From Tubulanus polymorphus (taxonomy: Eukaryota; Animalia; Nemertea): a stretch of DNA of 64,000 bases. Made by a program: the position numbers and the translations under genes. The notes beneath the pieces are model-generated. The model was not told where the DNA came from, searched no databases, and saw nothing but the letters and a program-made list of their open reading frames with translations. The DNA lies in assembly GCF_964204645.1 (NCBI RefSeq), contig NC_134026.1:26012150-26076149 (forward strand), in the 5' to 3' direction. Below are positions 16,101 to 30,000 of the stretch, one piece after another. Positions within the stretch are counted from its first letter, which is position 1, and each line of letters opens with the position of its first letter.

Positions 16101-19100
16101 CTTCTGACATACCGATCAATACTTACGTTTTGATAGTTATAGATGAATCTATTTATGATGGATTGCCGCAGAGCATATACATGGTACCCTCGGATACTGT
16201 CTCCATTTTCTTTATAGTAGAATGGTTTATTAGTGGCATCGGTAAAATTAATCGTCTTTGCGTATTTGTAGATATCTAATTGTTGATTGGATCCTTGGCG
16301 ATAGTTGTCGCATATTCCGTCGTAATTCGGACCGCATTTGTTTCTCAGAGTTTCGTGAATGCCATAAGCGAGTGTGTAGACTGCATTGATGACGTACATG
16401 GTGAACTGGTCTTGGTGGTATTTACTGTTACGGACGACTGATTGAGAGATACTACTGCATTGGCGGGGATAGCTGAGAACATTCCCAGGAATTGTGCAAT
16501 TAAACATGTATTCATAGTATGAGTTAAACCAAGGATTTCTTTCATAAGTGTTTGGAAATTTTGAGTCGAGATAGACGTCGAATTCGGGGATATCACTGGT
16601 AGCAAGGCTAAATGTAACACCATCGCCGAGTCCGTACTTGATGCCTCTGATCACTTCTGGACTTGAACCCCAAGTTTCTGATCCAATGAAAAAGAATCTA
16701 CCGGTCCTACTGTTTGGGTACTTAAGTATCATTTTCTCGGTTGCCCGGAGGAGTGGGTTGATAAATTCTGTCTCCAGTATGATAACAACAACAGTTGCGT
16801 TTGGTCGATTAAGAAGTTCATTGGCCACCTCTAGGGCACTTTGTTGCGTCACTATTTGCGTTTCATTAAATATTAGATGTTGAGAAATGCATATAAGTTT
16901 TGACTTGGCCAATTTCACAAATTCCTTCGTAGCTCCGACGCTGTAGTGGCGTGTCGAGGAAACAACCTGCACGGCATTTATTTTGTACTTCAAAAGGAAA
17001 GACACGATGGCATTGGCGAGTTTATCATCCGCTGGCACAGTTCTGAGAAAATATGGATACTTTTTACGATCAGAGAGTTCAAGACTGGTAGCTCCATAAC
17101 TGACGAGAGGAATTTTGAGTTTTGTCAAAACTTTCGCCGCATGCTCAGTTTCCAGGGATGTAAGATCTCCGACGTAGCCGACAACTTTTGTAGGGTCAAC
17201 TTCTTCCGTACTTTTTGTTAATTTGAAAACACGCGAATGGAAATCTGCCATAAGGTTTCCCGCTCTAATTGCACTTTGACACGAGTCCATTGCAATACCA
17301 CCTAGTGTAACACCTTTCAGTTTCCCATGGAATATACCTTGGTGTTTGTTTATCTGTTCTATAGCGAACGCAAATGCTTCGGTCAGTTGAAAGCCGGCAA
17401 CTGGATTGACGTTTCCGCATGTGAACGGTTGTAAACCACGAATACTAGCATCAAAAATACCTACAACACGAGAAAAATTGCTATGTATTGTGCCTTAAAA
17501 AAACCCATTATTACAATATTTGAACTCGTACCGCCTATCAGGATATCTCCAGGGATATACAAGAACTTTTCTTTAGCCTTTGGTCTAATATTGCACTCGA
17601 CGCAAGGGGAACATGTCGATGGAATTCTCCTTGAAGTATTCAGAACCTCCGGTTGTGTAAACGACAGTTGATGTCGTACATACGTAGCAACCTGAAAAAA
17701 TCAATCATTTAAAGAAAAATTTCTATCAATATTAAACACTGTCGGACCTATTTCCATTTATTGGGTACTGATACATAATATGATTTACCTCTTCATATCC
17801 GGCACCTTTATATCTGAAAATCTTGTAGCCGTTTCCAGCTGCGCGGTTGACAAAAACAAATTGGCGTTTATCTAATGACTGGAATGATACCTTCCCGAGG
17901 TTCTGTAATATTCGGTCATTCAAGTTCCCAGCACTGATGAAATTTGCACAAACACCTAAAAAGGAAATATATGGTAGTCAATGATTTCTGAGTTACTTTT
18001 CTTCATACGCCCAAAATGTTTGCGAACATATACCTTTGTAGTTTGCTCCACACTCCTCTTCCAAGGTGAGGTGAACAGCTTGACCGAAAGCGTAAACTGC
18101 GTTGATAGTGCTAAGAACCCAGTTGTCCTGTTCAAAGTCCGGTGCATCACTCAGACCCGAAGTTTCACAGGTTTGACCGATATTGCAACCGTATACATAC
18201 TGGTAATATTCGTTAAACCAAGGATTCATCTTATAATTGGTCGGGTTTTTGTCGCTCAGATACTTTGTGAAATTTGAAATCACAGGAAAATCGACTTTCA
18301 TCGTCATAGCGTTCTCAGCTGCGCCTTCTACGCCTTTCACTGCCTTCTTGATCGTAGCCCAAGATTCACTTCCAATAAACAATAAATTTGTCGCATTTGC
18401 GAGAGCCTGTTTTTCTTTCAACAATTGGTTTACGTATTTATCAGCATCGGCAAGTACTACTACGACTTTTGAAGTTGACCCGGCTAATTTAGCTACAACG
18501 TCACCAATATTGGAAACACTTAGCTCGTAACAAGATGACAGGCATAATCTCTGAGCTAGCATATTGTTTTTGAACTCAATGATTGCTGATCGACCATAGA
18601 TGTTCCTCGAATAGACAGCCTGGACACAAGTGAAACCCAAGGCCCGTACGAACTTTGCTATGGCTAATGTTTGAATGTCATCAGTTGGAACAGTCCTATA
18701 TAGCGTTGGGTAAGTGGCGACATCGGATAAAGATGTGCTTGTTGCACTCGGGCTTATTTGAGATATATGAAGTCTTCCAACGATCTCGGCTACTTTAGCT
18801 GTGATATCGGAGCCATATGTGACCCAGCCTCGGATGTTTGACTGATCGACAGTCAATGAACTATTTGAAAGTTGCACTGTATTTGAATGTATGCCCGATA
18901 TCAAATTAGCAGCCATAAAATCACTGGAGCAACTGTCCAGGCCGACCCCACCTAGGCGAACTCCATTCAATTTCACTGGAGCCGTTCCATTGTTGATCGA
19001 TTTAATGGCGAAAGCAAATGCCTCACTTGATTGAAATCCATTGAAATCCTTTAGGTCTCCGCACGAATAAGGAGTTGGTCCAGGCCAATGGATGTTGAAC

Positions 19101-22100
19101 AATCCACCGATAAGTACGTCTCCGGGTATATACATGAATTTCGTCTGATACCGTGATATACAAATTTTACATAAATTACCAAGCGATGCGGGGCACATTG
19201 AGGTTATTGTTTTATTTCCGTAGTACTTGGGAGTTCCAGTCATTGACAAATTTTTTCCGCTGTATTCTCCAACCTGATAAAAATAGAATTATGTTATTAA
19301 GATTGATTCAGAATATGTACTCAAAATACTGGTTTAGAAAATGTACTCAAAATACACATTAGATACATATGCCATAGAAATGCAAGGGAATCATGCATAC
19401 CTTGACATAACCAGCTGCTTGGTAATTATAGATTTCATAATCTGCAACACCTTCGTCATTTATGAATGTAAACAAACGCCCCGCTTCATCAGTAAATTGG
19501 GCTTTGCGGATGAACTCTAGCATAGTCGCTTTCCGGTCCAATGCTGTGCGATAAGCATTACAAACAGTGTTATAATTTTGACCACAGTAATATTCCAATG
19601 TCGAATTAGTCGCTGTAACGATTGCCTGGACTGCATTTAGTAAGTTCAAAGTAACTGGATCTTGGGCAAACCCTGGAGCATCGGTTATCTCTTTGGATGC
19701 GTCGCATGGTACTGGATAACGAACCTGACTCTGAGCAGTTAAGTAACAATTGTATAAGGATTCGTACCAGTCTCTGAAAAATGGGTTCTCCTTTTCAGTA
19801 AGAACATTAACTGACTGTAGGTATGCTATAAAGCTTGGCAGTGGTGGCGATTTCAGTTTTGTCGTAAAGGTTCCAACGGCTATATCTTCGTAACCGTTGA
19901 TAATTTCATTGGAGGTCCCCCAGTTTTCGCTTCCAAAAAGCAGTAATTTTCCACCCATATTTGATGTCTTCATGGCACCCAGCAGACATCGAAACTGTTC
20001 TACGTCGGCAAATACGACCACGACCTTTGCATTTACTCTTAAGCTGAGTTTATGAATCAACTGGAGGCAAGTACCATCAGTACCAAACTCGAGGGTCGCT
20101 GTCACACAAATTCTGCCTTCTGCCTCTGCGTACTTGATGAAAGCATCAATTCCAGCCCGACCGTAACTTGTTGGTGCCTGTATCGTTTGAACATGGGTCC
20201 AACCTTGGTTCTTCAGAAAACTAGCAATCACTTGCGCCTGATATCCATCGTTTGGAACCGTTCTCAGAAAAAAGGGAAATCGTCGCTTGTCAGACAATGC
20301 CGCCGACGTTGCCCTATATCCAACCTGTGGGATTCTGAGAGGTGATAACACCTCCGCCACGGATATGGTCGTAGAGCTGTCATGAGCAGCAGTGTATGCT
20401 TCCACCTGACTTGGGTTAATAACATTACCCTTGGAATCCATAACTGTAATCAGATTATTCTGAAAACTCGCCACTAAACCATTAGCAATGTTTGAACTAC
20501 CACAATCATCGATACCAAGGGCACCTAAGTTGATGTCACCGCCTAATTTTGCTTTTGAAATAGCATAGACGAAGGCAGTCATCAGTTGCGCTCCGTTGTT
20601 TTTCACCCGAGTACAGTAGGCTCCATTTTCTGTCTCATGCACAGAAAATACCCCATTGATAATGATGTCTCCAGGTTTGATATAAAACTTTGACGCGACG
20701 TTGAGGCTAAGACAGAAGCCACAACCACTAGCAGGACAAATCGACTTCGGTACACTGGCAAGGACGTTTGTTCGTTGACTATCATACATTTTAAGTTTTG
20801 TCAAATTAAGTGTAAGTTGGTCATTCATGTAATATCCAACCTAAAAAGTAAATTATTCGAGAATTTTCATTTTATATTGGAGAGGAAAATATATTTTAAG
20901 CTTGGCTATAATGGCTTACCCTTTGCAAAGTAGTTGTTGCACCATTCAATATATTACTCCATACGACATAACTGGCTCCGATAATGTCACCGTTGGTGTC
21001 GAAACTGATTTCCGATGTAAAAGGTGCAGACACAGCAGACGAAGAATTGATGCCCTCATTCGTTATTGAAGTCGTCTTAACATAATTCTGAAAGAATTCT
21101 TTCGTAGATGTAGATTCCAGTGTCTGACAAATTGTTGTATTTCCTTCGCATTTTGTCCGTAGTGCTCTTTTGAGAGCATCGGCATACGTGTAAACGGCGT
21201 CTATGGTCGACGAGACGTACTGATTCTGGATGTATTGTTGTTGTTTTTGTGCTGTTGTCAGTGGTGGACATACGTTTGGGAGTGACGCATATGGTTCATA
21301 CGTGACCCCTGCCAATTTACAGTTATGAGTGTACATATACCAGTCTCTGTACCACGGATCGTTTGCTGGGTTGTTGATGTCGATTCCAAGCCAGCTATTT
21401 TCAAATTCAGTCGAGGTACGTGATGATGGTGAAACAGAAACATAACCTCTCGCATACTGTTGACCGGTTGCAAAAGTATTACTGACACCGACTGCATCGG
21501 AGAATATCCACTGCAATCGACCATATTTTTCAATGGTGGAGTTAATTTTCATAATCTCTAGCGCCGGGATGTAATGACCAAAATACACTACACCAGTGAT
21601 GTTTGTGGACAATAATTGAGTAAGGATGCCTTCAATTATGGGTGGATCTTGTTCAAAAGTCCTAACAGGAAGTGCGATATTTATACATATTCCAGCCTCA
21701 CCGGCTGCCATGATAAACTGTTTTTTGCCATCACTACCATATGCATCATCTGAATATACCAGGCCGATATATTTCCAATTCAATTTCTTCAGAACCTCAA
21801 TCATAACCTAGAGATTATTCGGAACGAAGAATATGACGTGAGTTACATCTTTAGCAGAAATTCGGTAACAAATACAGAAATAATGAATTTAACCTTCGTT
21901 TGCATTGTATCCGGTGGAATAGTTCTCATAAAATATGGGTATTTATTTTTGTCACTCAACGTAGCTGCTGTTGACATAGGCGAAATTTGAGCCACTTCGA
22001 ATTTGCCACTCCAGTCAGCCACACCTAAGCTCACAGAACTATGTGAAGCTCCTAGAATCCCTGTAAAACAACCATTCATTGTTCCAGTAAAAATGTTTTA

Positions 22101-22765
22101 GATTTAATGAAAATAGATTAAATTGGAATTGATCTTAAATACCTAAAACAAGTTGATTCCCATCCGAGCAAGTTCTTTTATTGGTGTAAACAGAGGGATA
22201 AAACTCCATAGCAGCTCTGTTGGCGACGCTTGCTTGGCCACATGTATCAAATACTTTCATTCCTGTTAGTTAGAAAACCCAATATCACGATTTTTCGAAC
22301 TAATAAACGTTTATACGAAGCCACTTGATTTGTCATTTGATACTCACCTATCTGGACGCCAGCATAATTGATTGTGTTTATTTCCGTAAGAGCCCACTTT
22401 GCTGCTTCATATGCAGGTAAAATCACTGAAATATATGATTTGGAAAGAACGCTGATTCAACGTATCACCGAAACTCAATGATATTCTAAATTGTAACTAA
22501 GAATTAACGTAAGCATCTGGTGTAGTTTCAAATATTAGCACTAAATACCTGGATCAGGGGTTCCGCAGCCAGATCCATCATTTCCTGGGATACGGATATC
22601 AAACAGACCGACAATCACCACTGGAGCATTTGGAAACAAGTTTACAGCACTTTTACTGGCATCGCATGTATCTTGGGCTAGTGTGTCCTGTCCTGAGCAG
22701 TTAATAACTAACGCCATTATCAGCAACGTGATTGTGAGTAACTTTTCCATATTCCTTAAACACAT
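13195..22765 (-). CDS. Giant class C (mGluR-related) GPCR A: signal peptide, 5 tandem Venus-flytrap domains, 7TM; about 2,800 aa
   Basis: Signal peptide MEKLLTITLLIMALVINCSG. VFT1 exons about 22765-22549, 22426-22349, 22262-22143, 22060-21894, 21807-20921; VFT2 20840-19401; VFT3 19273-18034 plus 17955-17790; VFT4 17691-17535 plus 17461-16126; VFT5 16047-14559; 7TM 14462-13473; tail exons 13371-13290 and 13199-13195. Each VFT has G[LV]F, D[TSD]C, SP/Y.AT/S..LSDK..YPYF.RTVP.D and GS[ED].W-like motifs. The 7TM has class C hallmarks (C..RRF.LG..YAICYS...K, ECL2 Cys, ESRWI). Confidence 0.88.
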
Positions 22766-23525
22766 ATGAATTCATTATGATATTATTTCCACGGTCTTCT
22801 GGGCATAGGTAGGTCTTAATGATATGACCGTCCTCGGAAAAATTATATCTTTTAACCTTTAATATGAATCAAAACAAGTGGATATGCATTTTCATAATTG
22901 CTGCGTGTGTGCATACACATAAGTGATAAATTGTCTTAAGACTTACCGTAATATGCTACACCCCTTGTCTGATGCTAAATTAAACTGAATTTTTAGGTAA
23001 GACACTACAGTAACGCCGTTGCCGCCATTTTACCCAACCCATACATAGATGGCACAAATTTAGACGACCCAATTGTTTATTGTCATAACGAAAGCACAGG
23101 AATAACCTGAAAATATGTGAATTATTAGATGATTTGTTTGAAACCGGTTTTCTAATGAGTAATAAAGACGGGCGTGCATTGGTAATGTAGGTGTGATTGC
23201 TGCAAGGCGTGTACGTCGTTCAAACCCATTGAAAACAAGTTTTGAAATACTTAATATTTCATAGTTGACAAAAATTATTTATAGAAGTGCGATTAAGAAT
23301 CTTATTTGTACCCCTAAAAGACCGGTAGCTACCGCAACCTGTTGATGAAAGCGGAAAACAAATCTTACAAACAAATTTTTGACAATCTCACCTGCACCGT
23401 ATTATACGGCCAATTTTTTTTCCAGAAAATTACCTGTGTTAAAGCGTTCTGGGAAATGATAGAGTCGTTTATTCGGATATATTTTTACACTTTCACCACG
23501 AATGATCACTGACAAACCTTTCCTA

Positions 23526-23709
23526 CAGTGGAACCTCGTTGATACGAATTTTGTTGGGCAAAAACGAAATTGTCGTATAAAATGGGTTTCGTATTATCCA
23601 AAGCTTGATTGATTGAAAAATGTATAGATATGTTAGCTGGGACATGCTGGATATCATCGTTTTAAATTGGTTTCGACTCGAACAGAATCGTATTAACGAG
23701 GCTCAACTG
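23526..23709. mobile_element. Tc1/mariner-pogo-type MITE (184 bp) with TA target-site duplication
   Basis: TA|CAGTGGAACCTCGTTGATACGA ... TCGTATTAACGAGGCTCAACTG|TA; imperfect TIRs of about 22 bp; lies between the two giant GPCR genes. Confidence 0.75.
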
Positions 23710-24032
23710 TAATGTTGAAATGCATTTCCATCAACCAATTACATGAATATAACAACCAGTTTTTTTCTTGAGTTCCTCTTGGATGCCGCTATTTCAGCTC
23801 AGTTCGAACCCATCGTTTGTCGAAATAAGGAATAAGAAGGTTCATTAACCTCACAAACAAGAATAATTTTTGTGACTTGATTCATCTACTACACATGTGT
23901 AAAAGATATTTATTTCTTGAAATCAATGTATTATACATAATAGATTTATTAGATTAGTTATATACATCATCATTAGAATATTGTAATCTATAATATAATA
24001 ACGTAAACTTTCATGTTTCCTTTATGCTTCTT

Positions 24033-27000
24033 CAAACACTTGGTTGAGCCACGCATAGGTCCACGTGTTCTACGTCCCTTTCGGTAAAATTACGACTTAA
24101 TACTCGCTGAAAGATAACAGAAAATTAGAAACCATATTCAGGATGACTGTAGTTTTAAATCTGATTGCGGCAGTCACCTGAATGAATCTGCGAGCCGTTA
24201 GAAATATGTGATTCTTCGCTCAGGACTGTTGCATAGTAAAGATCTGAAAAAGAACGAAAAAAACATGCGGTGAAGAAAGCAAGGTAATGATAACAAGAAG
24301 CTAGCTTACAAATAGATTCATTTTTACCTACCTTTTGTTGTTTTTTTAGTACTGCTTTTTCCAAAGCCACCTCTTCTCTAAACTTTCGAAGGTAATAAAT
24401 CTTTCTTATAAATATACACAATACCATCACAGTTGCGCTGAATAGATTACCGATTGCTATGGCACCATCACGATATTTCATTTGCGCTCTCGTGGAGACA
24501 ATTGTCCATAAAACCCAAATACCAGCCACGAAACAACAAGTAACCAGAATCCAGCGCGATTCGCGGTTGTTTTCATCCGACCTCCAGGTCAATGCAGAAA
24601 AGATGAAGGTCAAGACAAGAAGAAACATCACGTAAACTATGCTGAGCAGCATTTCTTCATTATGAAAATCACTTGGCATACATCGGGACCAATATTGTCC
24701 CATGTAAACTACCATTTCTGATCCCGGGTGTCGGAGGGTTAGCCACTCTATAGCAATGATAACTTGAACGAAAGCAATGCCCAGTGCGATGAGGAACAAA
24801 CCAGTCGGTTTAGAGAATCTTTTGTAACTAGCTTCAGAAAAGTCGTCGTAACTGTCAACCCTCCATGTGTTCATTGCCTTTACAAGCATCGAGGCAAAAC
24901 ATATTGCATAACTGACTCCCAGACAGAATTGTCGTATACAGCAAACAGTTGGACATGGATTAAAGACAAATGCCAATGTCACAGCATATACGAACATGAT
25001 ACCGAACAGGAGGAAATATCCCAAACAGGTGGTACCGCCAGTTTTTGGATAAAAGAATAAGAAGTAAAGAAAAAGTCCGAAAGTGAATAGAAAGCCAAGA
25101 ACTGTAGCGATAGTCACGATGACACCCCATACTGAACGGAAGTTGTCAGCTTTGCCGGCGGCTGGTTTAACGTGGACGAATCTTTGCGCTCGACCAGCTG
25201 TACCTGGACACCCGCAGTCAATTTTCTCAGGACATACAGATGAAGGGATCTCTTTTAATCTATCACCGCCTTGAGTATATCCCTCGAAGCTTCCACTACG
25301 AGACATGGTAAGCCCTTTTAGCCATCGTCCTACCTAGAATAGTAAGTTGTATTTATTAAAGTATTGTTTTGCAGGATATCCGTGATAAATAGATTTCGAA
25401 TACTTACAGGAATGTATTTATGTGTATTAGTCGTTGGTTCATATCGCAGATTGTTCACGACATAGCCAATATCCCCATGCCCATCTTCGGTAAATCGGAA
25501 ATTGAATGATTCTGATTTCAGGTCATCCGGCAATACTTGCCACTGGGCATAGTTGATGCTGTTGTAGATCAAAGCATGTTTAATTTCTCTTTTAACCCGC
25601 CACAAACAATAATCAGCCTCTAGCCCTAAGCACTCAGGAATATTCGTCACTCCTTTCGCTGCCATAAAAGTAGCAATGATTAATCGTAATGTCCTAGGAT
25701 CCTCGCCTATCGAGACATTTTTCATGCTTTCGTTTCTAGTACATGCTCTATTGTACTGCCGTTGAACTACGATACTGTTCTCAAGTCGACATTTGTGGAT
25801 ATGCTGCCAATATTCTTCAAACCAATCAGTTGGTATTCCTTTCCGATTTGTAAATGTTAATTCCCTTAGCCAACTGATAAACCCATTAACCACGTGTGAA
25901 TGAACCTGCAATGTGATAGCACCCCTGGCAATTTCCTCGAGTCCACGTATGATGTTGTAATCGGTAGACCACGAATCAGATCCAATCCACACAAACCTAC
26001 CGAATAAGTTAAGTTCCCGGCAAGCCTGGAGAATCAATCGGTTCTGATGAACGGAAGTGAACAGAACAACTACTTTAGCATGAGTGAGTGAGTCTAGACT
26101 TCTGAGCGCATCTTTAGCATCATCAAGCGTTGCCGATAAAGGTAGAATTTTCCTTTTTCCAAAGCACAGAGTGGAATTCGGTTTATTGGCAATATCCCTC
26201 AGAGCGTCCATACCACCATTACCATAATCATTGTCGGTGTTTATACCCATAAACAATCCCCAGTCATAAAGCCTCAATATGCTGGCAATAGCCTCTGCTT
26301 GGAGATTATCAGGGGGTGAAATTCTCAAGAAATATGGGAATTTCTTTTTATTGCTCAGTGTCGTTGATGTAGCAATTGGACTTATCTGAACTAGTTTTCG
26401 ATCCGTGAAATATTTGCCTGCAATGATACTTTCTGATGATGTCATAGTCAAGTAAGCTACCGCAGTCCAAGGTCTTATAAGTTCCGTATATGGGGCGTAA
26501 TGGCACAAGCCACGTCCATCTAGATATGTGAACAAGTCCTGTCTTAGTCTATCCTCACTCATGCATTCATCGATAGCTAGGCCAGCTACTTTAATCGTCG
26601 ACTGGAAACGACTGATGTAGTTTTTGTTGATGATGTCGATAGCGTAGAAGAAGGCCAACATTCCTTGGAATCCGTACGTCACTCTCATCGGTCCACATTT
26701 CAAGTAGTTATTTCCGCTTTCATGGACGTTGAAGAAGCCAACTAGACTTACATCTCTCTGAGATTTCCACTGCATATATCTGGACAGGCGAGGACCAACT
26801 CTTGGGCATTTGTCGCATGCCCCTGCTGGAACACTGCAATTAGCATACCAATTTGGGTTGTAAGTAATATCGAGTTTCAAATAGTGGGTGTCGTTATAAC
26901 TTCCAACCTACAACAAAAGATTGCTAGCTTTTGAAAAAATTGCTTTTGATTCTATTAGATTGAAAGGATCATTCAATAACGATACTCAATGATAACTTGA

Positions 27001-30000
27001 ACCTAACACTCACGTTATAGTATTGTTTGGCATTGGCAAAGTCCTTCTTAAAAGCATAAACATGATAACCCCGGCTGCTCTGACCATTATCCTCGTAGTA
27101 AAATGGTTGAAAGGTGTAATCTGTATAATTCACGTATAAACTTTGATTGAACAATTCCAGACGTCTTTCGCCAGACTGACGGAAATCTTCGCAAACTCCA
27201 ATGTAGTCATTACCACAAATTTTTTTCAATGTTCCATCAAGTGCCAAAGCAATTGAGTAGACAGCGTTTATGACGTACAGAGTGAGAGGATCTTGCTTAT
27301 ATACCTGGGTATTGCGAGGTATCGACATCGAGCTACTGCCGCACGTTTTTTTATAACTCTGAACGTTTCCGGGTAAGGTGCAATTGAAAACATACTGGTA
27401 GTAAGAGCGGAACCACGGATTTCTGTTATAATTAGATGGATATTTCTTGTCTAAATATCGGTCAAATTCTGGAATATCAGCTGTTTCTAAGTCAAAGGTC
27501 ACCACTCTATCCAGTAATGTCGATTTAAGTCCCGACTTTAAAATGCTATCATCATTTCCCCAACTCTCAGAACCAATATAGAAGAATTTGCTGTTTGCAA
27601 CCGGGTCTTTGTCGACTGCCTTTAGGAATGTTTTCAGAAAATCCATCTCTAAGATGGTAATGATGACTGATGCGTGTAGATCCTTCTTCATTACTGCGAT
27701 CACGTTATTTGCCCCAGCCTCTGTGGCCGTTCCATTTTGATCTTCGAACTCGATTTTCTTTTCAATGCATATGCCGTTCTTCCTCGCCAGTCGGATGACT
27801 TCATCAGATGCTGCCTCGGCGTAGAGTCCATGAGACGCAACTACTTGTACATGTTCAAAATTCCAGTATTTCAAGAAACTAACGATTCCTCTGGCGAGTT
27901 TATCGTCTGCTGGAACAGTTCGTAGGAAATACGGATAATTTTTCTTTTCAGCCAAAGTAAGCCCGGAAGCACCATAACTTATGTGTGGAATATTCATGAC
28001 GTTGAGAACCTTTGCTATTTCTTCACTGGCCAAAGTGGTCAGTCCAGCTACATATGCCAATATCTTCGATGGTACAATTGTTGTACGACCTTCGCGTAAT
28101 GTTATCACACCAGCATTGAGATCCGCCACCAGATTTCCCCCGCGAATGGCGCTTTGACATGAATCCACTGAAATACCACCCAGATTGACACCTGGCAATT
28201 TTCCGGCGAAGATGCCTTCTCTCCTCTGTATTTTCTCTAATGCGAAATTAAACGCCTCCGTAAGCAGAAAGCCATTTTTAGGGTTAACTTTTCCACAGGA
28301 AAACGGGTCTGGGCCTGGTTTACTTACATCAAACACCCCTGAAAATTTCAAAGTATTTCGATGTTTTCAATTACGAAACGATTTGGAGGCGTAATCTATA
28401 AAGCTATACTGTTACCTGCAATTAGAAGATCACCAGGGTAGAAGGTGAACTTTTCATCGTCTTTGTCGTCTTGAGTTAGTTTACATGCTATACAAGGAGC
28501 ACATAAGGATGGGTAACTTTTATACAAGTTCACCACAGCCGGATCGGTGAATTTGACTTTTCTGTCAATATACTCCGCAACCTATACATATGCAGAATGA
28601 AAACTAAGTTCAGTAAATCGAACAATTGATAACAGCAATGGCCAAAAATTACATACAGTACTTACCTTAGAGTATCTGCCACTTACTACACGACTGATAT
28701 CATATCCCATCTTCCCAGATCTTGCATCAAACGTAAAACTCTTGTTCGTGACCGAGATGAAATCGACTTTAGCTAGATTTTCAAGAATCTTTGTATTGAC
28801 ATCTGGACTACCGATAAACTGGGGGCAAATTCCTTAAATTACGAAAATATTGCGTGATTATTTGAAAGCGTAGAGATAATGTATAGTTCTGAGCTACAAT
28901 GTTACTATTAATTCTTACCGACAGATTGGTTCCCGCAAAGATCCTTCAGTGTTAGATTAATGGCTTGCGCTGTGGCGTACACGGCATCTATTGTACTAAC
29001 GACAAAGTTTTCTTGCTCATATTTCGCATTGCTTGTTATAGCTGTGTTGCTTGTACAGTTTTTCCCGACGACACAATTGAACATCATCTGGTAATATTCA
29101 TCGAACCAGGGGTTTCTTTTATTCGATCCTAAAAACTTTTTTTGAAGATAAGTATTGAATTCAGCCACCACTGGGGACTCTATTTTGATAGTAAACGCAT
29201 TTTCCGCAGCTGCAGCTCTCCCAGCGGCAGTAATACTTTTTAGTTGGCCCCAGGATTCACTGCCGATGAGAACCAAATTCTTTCCATTAGAATTTTTCGC
29301 TTTTGCATCCAAAAAGCGGCCAACATATTGATCCGCGTTAGCAAAGACGATTACAATTTTAGTTGATGATGTTAAGAGTTTGGCTACGATTTGATCATAA
29401 CTTCCATCACCACTCTCAAGGGCGTAACAGCTGGACAGGCAGAGCTGTAGCGCTTTTGCTGCTTTTTGAAATTCAACGGCCCCAGAAAGACCATAAACGT
29501 TGGGTGCATATACAATTTGGGCACATTTCCAACCCATAGATTTAACAAACTCCGCCATCGCCATCGCCTGTACGCTGTCAGGTGGTACAGTACGGTAAAA
29601 TGTCGGATAGACTCGTTCATTTTGCAGTTCCTCACTTGTGGCACTCGGGCTCACCTGTGGGATATTGAGACGTGATAGGATTGCGTTGACCTTCAACGAT
29701 TTGTAACTACCATAAGTAAGCCATGTGTGAATGTTCTTATAGTCGATCACCTTTCCATCTTTTTTCAACTTCAGCGAGCCGGAATGCACACTAGAAACTA
29801 AATTTGTCGACAGATAATCACTAGAACAATCATCCAGACCGACTCCACCTAGAAGTACACCATTCAATTCGATTCCAGCAGTACCACTGTTTATTTTATC
29901 AATGGCATGGGCGAAAGCTTCAGAAAATTGGAAACCATTAAAATCCTTCATTTTGCCACATGTATAGGCACTGCTCCCGGTCCAGTGTATGTTGAAAAGA